This document shows positions 1 through 7,284 of a stretch of 32,000 bases of DNA, piece after piece; positions within the stretch are counted from its first letter, which is position 1, and every line of letters starts with the position of its first letter. A program made the translations under genes and the position numbers. Under the pieces are notes generated by a model. The model had not been told where the DNA came from, made no database searches, and saw only the letters and a program-made list of their open reading frames with translations. Source of the DNA: an uncultured archaeon (lineage in GTDB: Archaea > Iainarchaeota > Iainarchaeia > Iainarchaeales > JAAZKV01); contig CAZKBG010000001.1 of NCBI GenBank assembly GCA_964551375.1, forward strand, positions 715,229 through 747,228, read 5' to 3'.

Positions 1-275
1 GGTTTTCTCTGTTTAATTCTTTTATGAAGAAGCTGGCTTTGATTTAAATGAGAATGAAAATACTCATTATACATAAGAGCCTCTTTTTGGCTGGCTTTTG
101 AACCAGCAACAACTCGATTTGCCGCGTTATTTGCAATCGCGGATTTAAAAGCAGCTTTTTTTAAACGCAAATCTAAAGAGTTTGCGCGCAGTTTGCGCCT
201 CACAGGACTCATACGCATACGCGTTTTATGAATTCTAATAACCGCTCTTGCCACAGTCCTTTTTACCACTGACAC
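1..275 (-). CDS. hypothetical very basic protein, N-terminal part only (gene runs off the window edge)
   Basis: My own minus-strand translation from GTG 273-275 (6 nt after the tgt stop) stays open to position 1: VSVVKRTVARAVIRIHKTRMRMSPVRRKLRANSLDLRLKKAAFKSAIANN... It is absent from the ORF track because it is truncated. No family recognised. Confidence 0.3.
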   Translation of the reverse strand, partial: MSVVKRTVARAVIRIHKTRMRMSPVRRKLRANSLDLRLKKAAFKSAIANNAANRVVAGSKASQKEALMYNEYFHSHLNQSQLLHKRIKQRK

Positions 276-281
276 AAAAAA

Positions 282-1391
282 TCACTTAGCATAATTTAAT
301 TCAAATTCTTTTTTAAGCTTCTCAAAATTATTTTCTTTAATTGCAACGCGGATGTCTTTGATTAAATTTGCAATAAAAAAAGTATTATGATAACTTAACA
401 GCATCAAGCCGTTCTGCTCATAAGTTTTAAACAAATGATGAAGGTACGCACGGGAATGATTTTTGCAAACAAAACAATTACACTTTGAATCAAGCGGTTC
501 AAAAGATTCCTTATGAACTGCCCTGTCAATTTTAATCTGCCCTTTGTGAGTAAAAATCAAGCCATGCCGAGCCATTCTTGTCGGATAGGCTGAATCAAAA
601 ATATCCACTCCGCGCTCCACTAAATTTAAAATTTCAAGGGGAGAACCCACCCCCATTAAATACACAGGGAGGTTTTCGCTGATTATTTCTTTTGTGATTT
701 GCGTCATATCATACATGCTCTTTGGATTTTCACCAATGCACAACCCGCCGACTGCGATTCCGTCAAAACCAATTGCTTCAATGCTTACTGCTGATTTTTT
801 TCTCAAATCAGGAAATGTCCCCCCTTGGGTAATTCCAAACAACAGTTGATTTTTATTTTTGTGGGCTTCTTTACAGCGCAATGCCCATTCAGTAGTTCGA
901 ATCATTGCATCAAAATATTCCTCTCTTGATTTTCCAAAATGCACAAGGTGATCAAGACACATGGCAACATCACTGCCAAGCGAATTTTGAATCTGAACTG
1001 CGCGCTCAGGAGTAATTAATTCAACGCTTTTATCAAAAGGGTTCTTGAAATAAACCCCCTTATCTGTCAAGTGATCTACAAAAGTTTCCGACAAGAGCTG
1101 AAAGCCGCCCGAGTCAGTGAAGAGAGCGCCGTTCCAGCCGAAGAACTTATGCAAGCCATCTGCTTTTTTTACCAAATCAATTCCCGGCTTTAAATAATTT
1201 ACAAAAGCATTTGTAATCAAACAATTAACTCCCATATCCTTTTCAAGTTCAGGATGAGTCACAAACTTTACCGCGCCTTTTGTAGCAACAGGCATGAAAA
1301 AGGGAGTTTCTAATTTTTTATGATGAGTAAAAAGAATGCCCGCACGCGCGCTTGAATTTTTGGATTTAGTTGTAATTTCAAAGCAACTCAT
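282..1391 (-). CDS. tgt: tRNA-guanine transglycosylase, catalytic TIM-barrel domain only (archaeosine-TGT-like, no PUA/C-terminal domains)
   Basis: TGT motifs LFTDSGGFQ and DSAYPTR, plus the Zn site CNCFVCKNHSRAYLHHL. I place the start at ATG 1389-1391 (MSCFEITT...) because the tracked upstream extension overlaps the SRP RNA gene. Confidence 0.85.
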   Translation of the reverse strand: MSCFEITTKSKNSSARAGILFTHHKKLETPFFMPVATKGAVKFVTHPELEKDMGVNCLITNAFVNYLKPGIDLVKKADGLHKFFGWNGALFTDSGGFQLLSETFVDHLTDKGVYFKNPFDKSVELITPERAVQIQNSLGSDVAMCLDHLVHFGKSREEYFDAMIRTTEWALRCKEAHKNKNQLLFGITQGGTFPDLRKKSAVSIEAIGFDGIAVGGLCIGENPKSMYDMTQITKEIISENLPVYLMGVGSPLEILNLVERGVDIFDSAYPTRMARHGLIFTHKGQIKIDRAVHKESFEPLDSKCNCFVCKNHSRAYLHHLFKTYEQNGLMLLSYHNTFFIANLIKDIRVAIKENNFEKLKKEFELNYAK

Positions 1392-1414
1392 ACCAATTAC
1401 CCTAATAAGTAGTC

Positions 1415-1428
1415 TTTTAATTATTTCA
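1415..1428. promoter_or_regulatory. shared AT-rich TATA-like box between divergent tgt and SRP RNA genes
   Basis: cttttaattatttc lies about 25 nt upstream of the tgt ATG (minus strand). It also lies about 20-30 nt upstream of the inferred SRP RNA 5' end (plus strand). Confidence 0.4.
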
Positions 1429-1440
1429 AACCACAGATAT

Positions 1441-1713
1441 TTCGGACTAGACTGGGCCGCTAGCGGTGGCTTGTAACCGGAAATCCGCTTTATGCCGGGG
1501 TTGAAGCTGGGGAAGAGGTTCGTAAGCTCTGCAGACACCATGCTGTTAGCGTCGAAGCTCTGTCCTTACAGGTGTTTTTTTAAAATGAACTCCGCCAGGG
1601 CAGGAATGCAGCAACGGTAGTTTTAGAAGAAGACGCTGAAGGGAAACGGAGTGGAGTTAGCGGTATGAAATGCCTGCAATGCCTGAAAAATCCATTTTCC
1701 AGCACGTCCTTTT
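1441..1713 (+). ncRNA. signal recognition particle RNA (archaeal 7S type)
   Basis: This is a GC-rich island in AT-rich DNA. The Alu-domain-like segment GGGCCGCTAGCGGTGGCTTGTAACCGGAAATCCGC..ATGCCGGGG is present. The helix-8 signature CGCCAGGGCAGGAATGCAGCAACGGTAG (1593-1620) has a GGAA tetraloop flanked by AGG and AGCA loops. The 5' GGAC..CTGG can pair with the 3' CCAGCACGTCC, and a T5 run follows. The ends are approximate. Confidence 0.8.
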
Positions 1714-1848
1714 TCTACATAAATTGTTAATTAAACCAATTTTAAGCTATTTAATGGCAAAAATAACCTGTGCCGGCAAAGAAGCGGGGCTTTGAAGGAA
1801 CGTTTATATACTAAAAACGCTTTTATTTAATTAATACAAGGGGTCGAA

Positions 1849-2022
1849 ATGGTTTTCGAGAAAAAAATGTCTGTCAAAGACCTTATTGAACAAATGCGGG
1901 AAGAACTGCGAAACGAGCAGGAACAAAAAGAAACGTCACAAAAACCTGCAAAGAAGGGCAAAGCAAAGCCTAAGAAAGCTAAAAAGGCAAAAGCTAAGCC
2001 AAAAAAGAAAAAGAAGAAGTAA
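1849..2022 (+). CDS. small protein (57 aa) with helical acidic N-terminus and poly-lysine tail
   Basis: My translation: MVFEKKMSVKDLIEQMREELRNEQEQKETSQKPAKKGKAKPKKAKKAKAKPKKKKKK. It is below the track's length cut-off. A TATA-like ttttatttaattaat lies at 1821-1835 and GGGGT lies 5 nt before the ATG. The tracked antisense ORF 1827..2027 is its low-complexity mirror. Confidence 0.5.
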   Translation: MVFEKKMSVKDLIEQMREELRNEQEQKETSQKPAKKGKAKPKKAKKAKAKPKKKKKK

Positions 2023-2023
2023 A

Positions 2024-2329
2024 TCACTTTGTTAAAGATTCCTTCTTTTTAATTTCCTTCTCAAGCGTCTTAAGAACACGCTGAACAACTTCTAAAAGCT
2101 GCCAATCAGTGTGCTCTGCAAAAAAAGTACCCCTTCCAAGAACTGCTTTTGCATGAATTTCATGCTGGGCGCGCAAGCCCCCTTTCTTATACTGTTTAAG
2201 CGAAAGCTGCAACTCCACATCAGGACCCACTTTTTTTACAAAATGAGCAATAGCCTTGTTAAACAATTCCAAGTCAACTTCATCAAGCTCAGGGAACTTA
2301 ACTAATTTTACATTTGCCGGAACATCCAT
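2024..2329 (-). CDS. HPF/RaiA (ribosomal S30AE)-like small protein, putative ribosome hibernation factor
   Basis: The 101-aa protein shows a beta-alpha-beta-beta-beta-alpha pattern that aligns by eye with E. coli HPF/YfiA. VELQLSLKQYKK..QHEIHAKAVLGRGTFFAEHTD..WQLLEVVQRVLKTLEKEIKKK matches VYVVLKVEK..ATLHVNGGEIHASAEG..MYAAIDGLIDKLARQLTKHK. There is no HMM confirmation. Confidence 0.5.
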   Translation of the reverse strand: MDVPANVKLVKFPELDEVDLELFNKAIAHFVKKVGPDVELQLSLKQYKKGGLRAQHEIHAKAVLGRGTFFAEHTDWQLLEVVQRVLKTLEKEIKKKESLTK

Positions 2330-2478
2330 AAAAACACCACATCCAAAAAAGATAGAACTCTTAATAAAATTAGTTCAATTAGTTTAAAAAAAGATTGAAA
2401 AGCCAAACAAAACGCGCAAAAAAAGTGAAAACTGCCCGCGCCAGAAAGGTATTTAGTTATTACAACACAGCATATATT

Positions 2479-4245
2479 ATGCAAAACTGCCCGAAAGAAT
2501 ACTCTAAACTTGCAAATACCGCAGTCAACCTTGCAAAAGAAAAGGGAGTAAAAAACTCCACGCTTGAAAGGACTTGGAGAGTCGCCATGGATTTGTGCGA
2601 TAAACAACTCCCTATTTCAGCAATCATTGCGGAAATAATAAAAGAAATCCCTCAAGAAAATATTTCTGAAGAAGAACTAATCAAACTATTTGGAAAAGAA
2701 GCGGTTGATATTTCAAATTATGTCAGACAGCTTAATTCAGTAATACAAAGCAATTACTTAAGAGTGCCTACTGAAACGCTGAATTCAATAATTCTTTCCA
2801 TACCAAAGGACTTTCAGCCGATAATTTTAATGATTGCTGATGTAAGCGACATGCTTGAATATAATGACAAAAGCGGGCTTGAGAAAAATTTTGCAAAAAA
2901 AGCTGAAGAAATATGGTTTCCGCTCGCAACAAAACTTGGGCTTAGCAACTACGCATGGAAACTACAGGATTACAGTTTTAGAGCAATAAACCCTGAAGGA
3001 TACGCTAAAGTCAATATGCTTGTGAATAAAGACAGAAAAGCAAGAGAACAATTAATTAAAGATGTCATAAACGAAATGCAAAAACTTTTAGCCGGAAAAA
3101 TGAAAGCAAGGATTATGGGAAGGCCAAAAACACTCAAATCAATTCATGACAAGATGAAAAAAAAACCGTTCTCAAACATACATGATATTTACGGAATAAG
3201 AATAATCTGCGACAAAGAAAAAGAATGCTACGAAGCTTTGGGATATGCGCACTCAAAATATGAAATCATACCAGAATCTTTTGATGATTATATTACAAAG
3301 CCCTGGGCTGACGGATACCAGAGCATACATACCGCTGTGCGAAGAGGAGAAGATATTATTGAAATACAAATACGAACATGGACGCACCACTTGCGTTCAA
3401 TCTCTGATAGGTACTGGAATTACAAAAAAATAATGAAAGACAAGGAATTTGAGAAAGAACTAAGCTGGGAAAGACAGCTCTTAGAGTGGCAGAAGAACGA
3501 ATCAGGAACTGGCTTAGGGAAAAAAATCAGCGGACAAAAAATATTTGCGTTTACTCCTAAAAATGAAGTAATTGCGATGCCAAACGGAGCGACAGTGGTT
3601 GATTTTGCATTTGCAGTGCACACGGATATTGGCAAAAACATGGAAGGGGCAAAAGTCAACGGCAAAGTTGTCCCAATTGAAACTAAGCTCAAAAACTTGG
3701 ACAGAGTTGAAATTATAACAAATCAAAAACCCCAGATGAAGAAAAACTGGATAGGGTTTGTAATAACAGAAAAAGCAAAACAAAAAATCAAATCAGTATT
3801 CGGGCTTAAGAGCATAAAAAAACCCGCTGCGCAAATAGGAATAAATGACATTAAAAAAATAAAAATGGCAGAATGCTGCAACCCGCTCCCGGGAGAAGAC
3901 GTAATAGGAGTAAAAACCACAAAAAGAAAAATAATAGTGCACAAAAAAGACTGCCCAAATATAAAAAAGATGGATAAATCCAAATTAATTGAAATAGGAT
4001 TTGAAAGAGACAAAGGAAAAACACAAATAAGAGTGAACGTGCTTGACAGGCCAGGAATACTTCCCGAAATACTTGACGAAATTAAAAAAGGTGGCGCAAC
4101 TTTAATCAACACAAATTTCAAAATAAAGAAAACTGGATATGCTGAAGCAATATTTGGGATTGAAATATCAAGCGCCTCAAAACTTGACAAGTTAATTGAA
4201 AGAATTGAACAAATTCCGGGCGTTATGGGCGCTGAAAGACTGTAA
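2479..4245 (+). CDS. long RelA/SpoT homologue: (p)ppGpp synthetase with degenerate HD domain, TGS, conserved-Cys and ACT domains
   Basis: Synthetase motifs GRPKTLKSIHDKM, DIYGIRIIC, DGYQSIHT and EIQIRT. TGS domain IFAFTPKNEVIAMPNGATVVDFAFAVHTDIG. Conserved-Cys segment CCNPLPGEDVIG..HKKDCPN. ACT domain IRVNVLDRPGILPEILDEI. The HD position reads IIAEIIKEIPQENISEEELIKLFG, with no His-Asp. The tracked TTG start at 2395 is unlikely. ATG 2479 sits about 20-30 nt after the TATA-like tatttagttattac. Confidence 0.85.
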   Translation: MQNCPKEYSKLANTAVNLAKEKGVKNSTLERTWRVAMDLCDKQLPISAIIAEIIKEIPQENISEEELIKLFGKEAVDISNYVRQLNSVIQSNYLRVPTETLNSIILSIPKDFQPIILMIADVSDMLEYNDKSGLEKNFAKKAEEIWFPLATKLGLSNYAWKLQDYSFRAINPEGYAKVNMLVNKDRKAREQLIKDVINEMQKLLAGKMKARIMGRPKTLKSIHDKMKKKPFSNIHDIYGIRIICDKEKECYEALGYAHSKYEIIPESFDDYITKPWADGYQSIHTAVRRGEDIIEIQIRTWTHHLRSISDRYWNYKKIMKDKEFEKELSWERQLLEWQKNESGTGLGKKISGQKIFAFTPKNEVIAMPNGATVVDFAFAVHTDIGKNMEGAKVNGKVVPIETKLKNLDRVEIITNQKPQMKKNWIGFVITEKAKQKIKSVFGLKSIKKPAAQIGINDIKKIKMAECCNPLPGEDVIGVKTTKRKIIVHKKDCPNIKKMDKSKLIEIGFERDKGKTQIRVNVLDRPGILPEILDEIKKGGATLINTNFKIKKTGYAEAIFGIEISSASKLDKLIERIEQIPGVMGAERL

Positions 4246-4317
4246 AACCAGCCACTCTGGCGCAAAAACGTATTTATTTAAATCGATGGGAAGACATGTT
4301 TTTGGGAGTTGGTCAGA

Positions 4318-5511
4318 ATGAAGTTAAACATACAAATAGCTGTGCTATTTATTCTTTTTATTTTTGCAGCGGGGGCAATGGCGGCTGCGCCTGACGCAAC
4401 ACAAGTCACTTACAACCCAAGCCCTGCCGTGCCAGGAACAACAATGACTGTAATTATACAGCTTGAGAACAAACAGCTTGTATCAGAAAATGATGTTTTT
4501 GTTAAACTAGAAAGCACATACCCTTTCACAGTAAAATCAAGCGAGACTGAACAAAATCCAAGAAGCATAGGAACAATGGATAAATACGCAAAAGCGCAGG
4601 CAAGCTTCACAGTTTATGTTGACCCGACAGCAGAAAATAAAACATACACTTTCCCAGTAATAGTAACTTCAAACGGAGACCAGACAGGAAAAAGAACTAC
4701 TTTTTCAATTGTAATCAGCGGAAAAAGCCCTGTTCTAAAAGTAGTATCAACAACAAACGAGAAACTTCTCCCAGGACAGGAAAAAGAAATACCAATTACA
4801 ATCCAAAACGTTGGAACAAGCCCAGCATATGATATAATTGCTGAAATACAAGAAGACAGGACTGTTACTGCAACAGGAACAGTAATTGAAAGAGACATAA
4901 CTTCAGTAGGCGCATCAACCGCATACTTAAATACAATAAATCCCGGCGAAAGAAAAGTGGCAAGCTTAAGAGTAAATGTAAGCAACACAGCAACAATCAA
5001 AAACTACCCTATTCCAATCAGAATCTCATACAGAGATGCAGCAGGAACAAGAATGACTGACACATCCTACATCGGACTCAAAGTTTTTGGAACAGCAGAT
5101 ATTGACGCAACAATAAAAGAAAGCAGCGGATCATTCTCTGTGGGACAACAGTCGCAAGTAACTGTGGAAGTTTTCAATAAAGGATTAGGAAAAGCTGATT
5201 TCACACTAATTGAAGTAAGCACCACAGACGGAACTGTTCAAACACCAAAACAATTCATTGGAACACTCGGGCCAAATGATGTGGACACAGTAAAAACAAC
5301 AATTGTATTCAACAGAAGCGGAGAACACGCAATTGATGTGAACATCACATACCAAGATGCGGATTCAACACAAAAGACAAAAACAATAACTCTGCCAGTA
5401 AAAACACAGCAAATTTCTGACGGCGGAATGAACCCAGTAATAATTATTGTCGCAATAATAGTAATTGCAGTAATAATCTGGAACTTCTTCTTAAGAAAGA
5501 AAAAGAAATAG
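4318..5511 (+). CDS. secreted surface protein with CARDB/S-layer-like beta-sandwich repeats and C-terminal TM anchor
   Basis: Signal peptide MKLNIQIAVLFILFIFAAGAMAAAP. Repeated ..V.V.N.G...A patterns (IPITIQNVGTSPAYD, VTVEVFNKGLGKAD). C-terminal segment NPVIIIVAIIVIAVIIWNFFLRKKKK. GGGAG lies 9 nt before ATG 4318. Confidence 0.7.
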   Translation: MKLNIQIAVLFILFIFAAGAMAAAPDATQVTYNPSPAVPGTTMTVIIQLENKQLVSENDVFVKLESTYPFTVKSSETEQNPRSIGTMDKYAKAQASFTVYVDPTAENKTYTFPVIVTSNGDQTGKRTTFSIVISGKSPVLKVVSTTNEKLLPGQEKEIPITIQNVGTSPAYDIIAEIQEDRTVTATGTVIERDITSVGASTAYLNTINPGERKVASLRVNVSNTATIKNYPIPIRISYRDAAGTRMTDTSYIGLKVFGTADIDATIKESSGSFSVGQQSQVTVEVFNKGLGKADFTLIEVSTTDGTVQTPKQFIGTLGPNDVDTVKTTIVFNRSGEHAIDVNITYQDADSTQKTKTITLPVKTQQISDGGMNPVIIIVAIIVIAVIIWNFFLRKKKK

Positions 5512-5524
5512 AAAACGCAGAAAC

Positions 5525-5552
5525 GCCTTTTTTAGCAGAAGCTAGAAAAGGC
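5525..5552. terminator. hairpin between convergent genes
   Basis: gcctttt..aaaaggc forms a 7-bp stem, followed by aaaagcttttttt. Confidence 0.3.
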
Positions 5553-5603
5553 AAAAGCTTTTTTTAAAACAAGAACTTATTGAACTCAAACAAAAGCTTG
5601 GAA

Positions 5604-6338
5604 TCAAACATTGTAGTCTTCTTCAACCTTATGAACCTTAATCCCGTCATCAGAAATCTGAATCGGGTGCAAATCTTCGCTGTGCTTAGTCGCGCGCATT
5701 TTTCTAATATGAAGAGTACGATTGCTCTGAGTGCCAAGCCCCATATAATGCAGCACCACAACACCGTCTGCAACAAATTCTTCAACACCATACTTGCCAA
5801 TCTGCTTTGAGTCTTCATTAATTTCAGTAGTGAAGACTGTTGTAACACCGGCTCTCGAAAGAAGATAAACAATCTTTAAAACAGCCTTTCTAATCTCGTG
5901 CTCAGAGTCAAAATTCAAGCCAAGCGCAGGAATTGAATCAATAACAACCCTCTTAGCTTTGATTTTCTTAATAGCACGCATTAATTCAAGCAAAAGCTTG
6001 TCAAGATCAAACCCAGTGGCTGGGAGAGAGAATTCTTCATCACTTGGAATTCCAAGCTTAGCCATTGTTCCGTCAACAATTCTAATCATCCCCGCATCTT
6101 CATACTGGCGCAAATTCCAGCCGAACCTCAACATATCTTCCCTAATCAAGTCAGGGCGCTCATCAAGAGTAAGATAAACTCCCGGCTCGTTTAATTTAAC
6201 TCCGGAAACCAAATACTGCATCGCAAAAATAGTTTTGCCTGTCCCTGTTCCGCCTGAAATCAAAAAGCTTCTTCCTTCAGGCAGCCCGCCTTCAACCAGT
6301 TCGTCAAAACCGCCAATTCCAGTCTTAATACGATTCAT
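5604..6338 (-). CDS. single-domain KaiC-like RecA-superfamily ATPase (COG0467-type)
   Basis: IKTGIGGFDELVEGGLPEGRSFLISGGTGTGKT (Walker A), RVVIDS (Walker B), and a KaiC/RadA-like layout over 244 aa. Confidence 0.8.
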   Translation of the reverse strand: MNRIKTGIGGFDELVEGGLPEGRSFLISGGTGTGKTIFAMQYLVSGVKLNEPGVYLTLDERPDLIREDMLRFGWNLRQYEDAGMIRIVDGTMAKLGIPSDEEFSLPATGFDLDKLLLELMRAIKKIKAKRVVIDSIPALGLNFDSEHEIRKAVLKIVYLLSRAGVTTVFTTEINEDSKQIGKYGVEEFVADGVVVLHYMGLGTQSNRTLHIRKMRATKHSEDLHPIQISDDGIKVHKVEEDYNV

Positions 6339-6415
6339 AAAATCAACAAAACAATAATGCTTTACTGGCTTATTAACTTTACCATGGGAAAGAATAGTAA
6401 ATTGGAAATAAAATT

Positions 6416-6435
6416 AATGTCCAAGAAATTGAGTT
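6416..6435 (-). repeat. copy of the TTAACTCTATTTCTTGGACA motif (19/20 over AACTCAATTTCTTGGACATT) followed by a TATA-like box
   Basis: The minus strand reads AACTCAATTTCTTGGACATTAATTTTATTT. It lies about 80-100 nt upstream of the KaiC-like ATG at 6338. Confidence 0.6.
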
Positions 6436-6509
6436 TGGTTTAATTAAAGAACTAAAAAACACTAAAAATACTAAAAAAAGCAAATTAACCAAAAAAAAGA
6501 AAAAAGAAG

Positions 6510-6583
6510 TGGGACTGGAGAGATTTGAACCCTCGACACCACGGTCTTCAGCCGTGTGCTCTCCCAGGCTGAGCTACAGTCCC
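6510..6583 (-). tRNA. tRNA-Phe (GAA)
   Basis: Reverse complement GGGACTGTAGCTCAGCCTGGGAGAGCACACGGCTGAAGACCGTGGTGTCGAGGGTTCAAATCTCTCCAGTCCCA folds as a cloverleaf. The anticodon loop is CT-GAA-GA. No encoded CCA. Confidence 0.9.
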
Positions 6584-6642
6584 AGACTCCTTAAAATAAA
6601 TAGCTACCCAAAGGTTTTTAATAATCGCTAAAACAACAAAAA

Positions 6643-7011
6643 TTACAACATTTTATTGATTTTTGAAACAGAGACAACAATTGCTGATTTTGCAGGCAGC
6701 CCCTTATTTTCAGGAATTGTTTTAATCAAATCAAAATACTTTCCTGACTTTTGGACTGACGCTGTTCCAAGCAGCTCAAATCCTTTCCCATCTGTGGTGA
6801 AAAATGAAACCGCAACTTTTGGATTAGATTCAATATTTTTAACCGTTGAACGCATGTAATTATTAGTAATTACTAAATTATCCCCGTCAACTCTTGCAAA
6901 AGCAACATAAATAATATGTGGAGAAGCATCTTTGCCAACTGTCGCAAAAGACAACGTGCTTGATTCAATTAATTTTTTTAATTCAAGAGACACTAAAGCC
7001 AACAAAATCAC
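6643..7011 (-). CDS. pyridoxamine 5'-phosphate oxidase-like FMN-binding (split-barrel) family protein
   Basis: STLSFATVGKDASPHIIYVAFARVDGDNLVITNNYMRSTVKNIESNPKVAVSF fits the PNPOx-like pattern. There is no ATG, so the start is GTG or TTG and the exact position is uncertain. Confidence 0.65.
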   Translation of the reverse strand: MILLALVSLELKKLIESSTLSFATVGKDASPHIIYVAFARVDGDNLVITNNYMRSTVKNIESNPKVAVSFFTTDGKGFELLGTASVQKSGKYFDLIKTIPENKGLPAKSAIVVSVSKINKML

Positions 7012-7041
7012 TAATAAAATTATAACAAAACAAAATAAAAA

Positions 7042-7054
7042 GCGAGCCCGTAGG
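7042..7054 (-). repeat. 13-nt duplicate of the tRNA-Lys 3' end (GCGAGCCCGTAGG)
   Basis: Exact match to 7124-7136, the 3' acceptor/T-arm end of tRNA-Lys(CUU), located 83 bp away. No cloverleaf is attached to it. Confidence 0.6.
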
Positions 7055-7124
7055 AAACTAACACCGCAACCCCTTTAGAAAAGGTGTTGCATCCCCAAAA
7101 TAAAAATTAAACAAAAAAAATAAG

Positions 7125-7197
7125 CGAGCCCGTAGGGAATCGAACCCTAGACACCCAGATTAAGAGTCTGGTGCTCTACCAACTGAGCTACGGGCCC
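7125..7197 (-). tRNA. tRNA-Lys (CUU)
   Basis: Reverse complement GGGCCCGTAGCTCAGTTGGTAGAGCACCAGACTCTTAATCTGGGTGTCTAGGGTTCGATTCCCTACGGGCTCG. The anticodon loop is CT-CTT-AA. Confidence 0.9.
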
Positions 7198-7284
7198 GTA
7201 GCATTACTAATCATGCGCGTAATTACCACGCGCTTTTCAAACGCACTGGCGCAGAAATTAAATTAAACCAACTATTAAATGAAA

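Noticed and set aside
1392-1541. N-terminal 50-codon extension of the tgt ORF in the track
   Set aside because: It overlaps the SRP RNA gene on the opposite strand. An internal ATG at 1389-1391 gives a canonical TGT N-terminus with a TATA-like box upstream.
1827-2027. 66-aa minus-strand ORF (MIYFFFFFFGLAFAF...) whose GTG overlaps the HPF-like stop (GTGA)
   Set aside because: It is the phenylalanine-rich mirror image of the lysine-rich plus-strand ORF, and its C-terminal half is S/C/R-rich antisense-type sequence. The plus-strand frame has TATA and SD-like signals. The start/stop overlap is noted but judged coincidental.
2308-2607. 99-aa minus-strand ORF spanning the HPF/RSH intergenic region
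   Set aside because: It overlaps both real genes and the divergent promoter, and its composition is low-complexity F/C-rich.
3420-4265. Three minus-strand ORFs (90, 89 and 180 aa) inside the RSH gene
   Set aside because: They are antisense to a CDS with strong domain motifs, and their hydrophobic low-complexity translations are typical of AT-rich antisense frames.
4410-5000. Minus-strand ORFs of 66 and 128 aa inside the surface-protein gene
   Set aside because: They are antisense shadows with no start signals.
5604-6338. KaiC-like ATPase as archaellum ArlH/FlaH or RadB
   Set aside because: There are no archaellum or recombination neighbours, and sequence features alone cannot discriminate. 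I kept it as a generic KaiC-like ATPase.
6864-6873. TAGTAATTAC inside the PNPOx-like CDS
   Set aside because: It lies within coding sequence (codons for VITN). It is likely a chance occurrence in AT-rich DNA, and I use it as a caution on the background frequency of the palindrome.
7042-7100. Orphan tRNA-Lys 3' fragment as a Nanoarchaeum-style split-tRNA half
   Set aside because: Only 13 nt of the acceptor/T-stem end are present, with no T-loop or anticodon-arm half. A complete tRNA-Lys(CUU) is present next to it.
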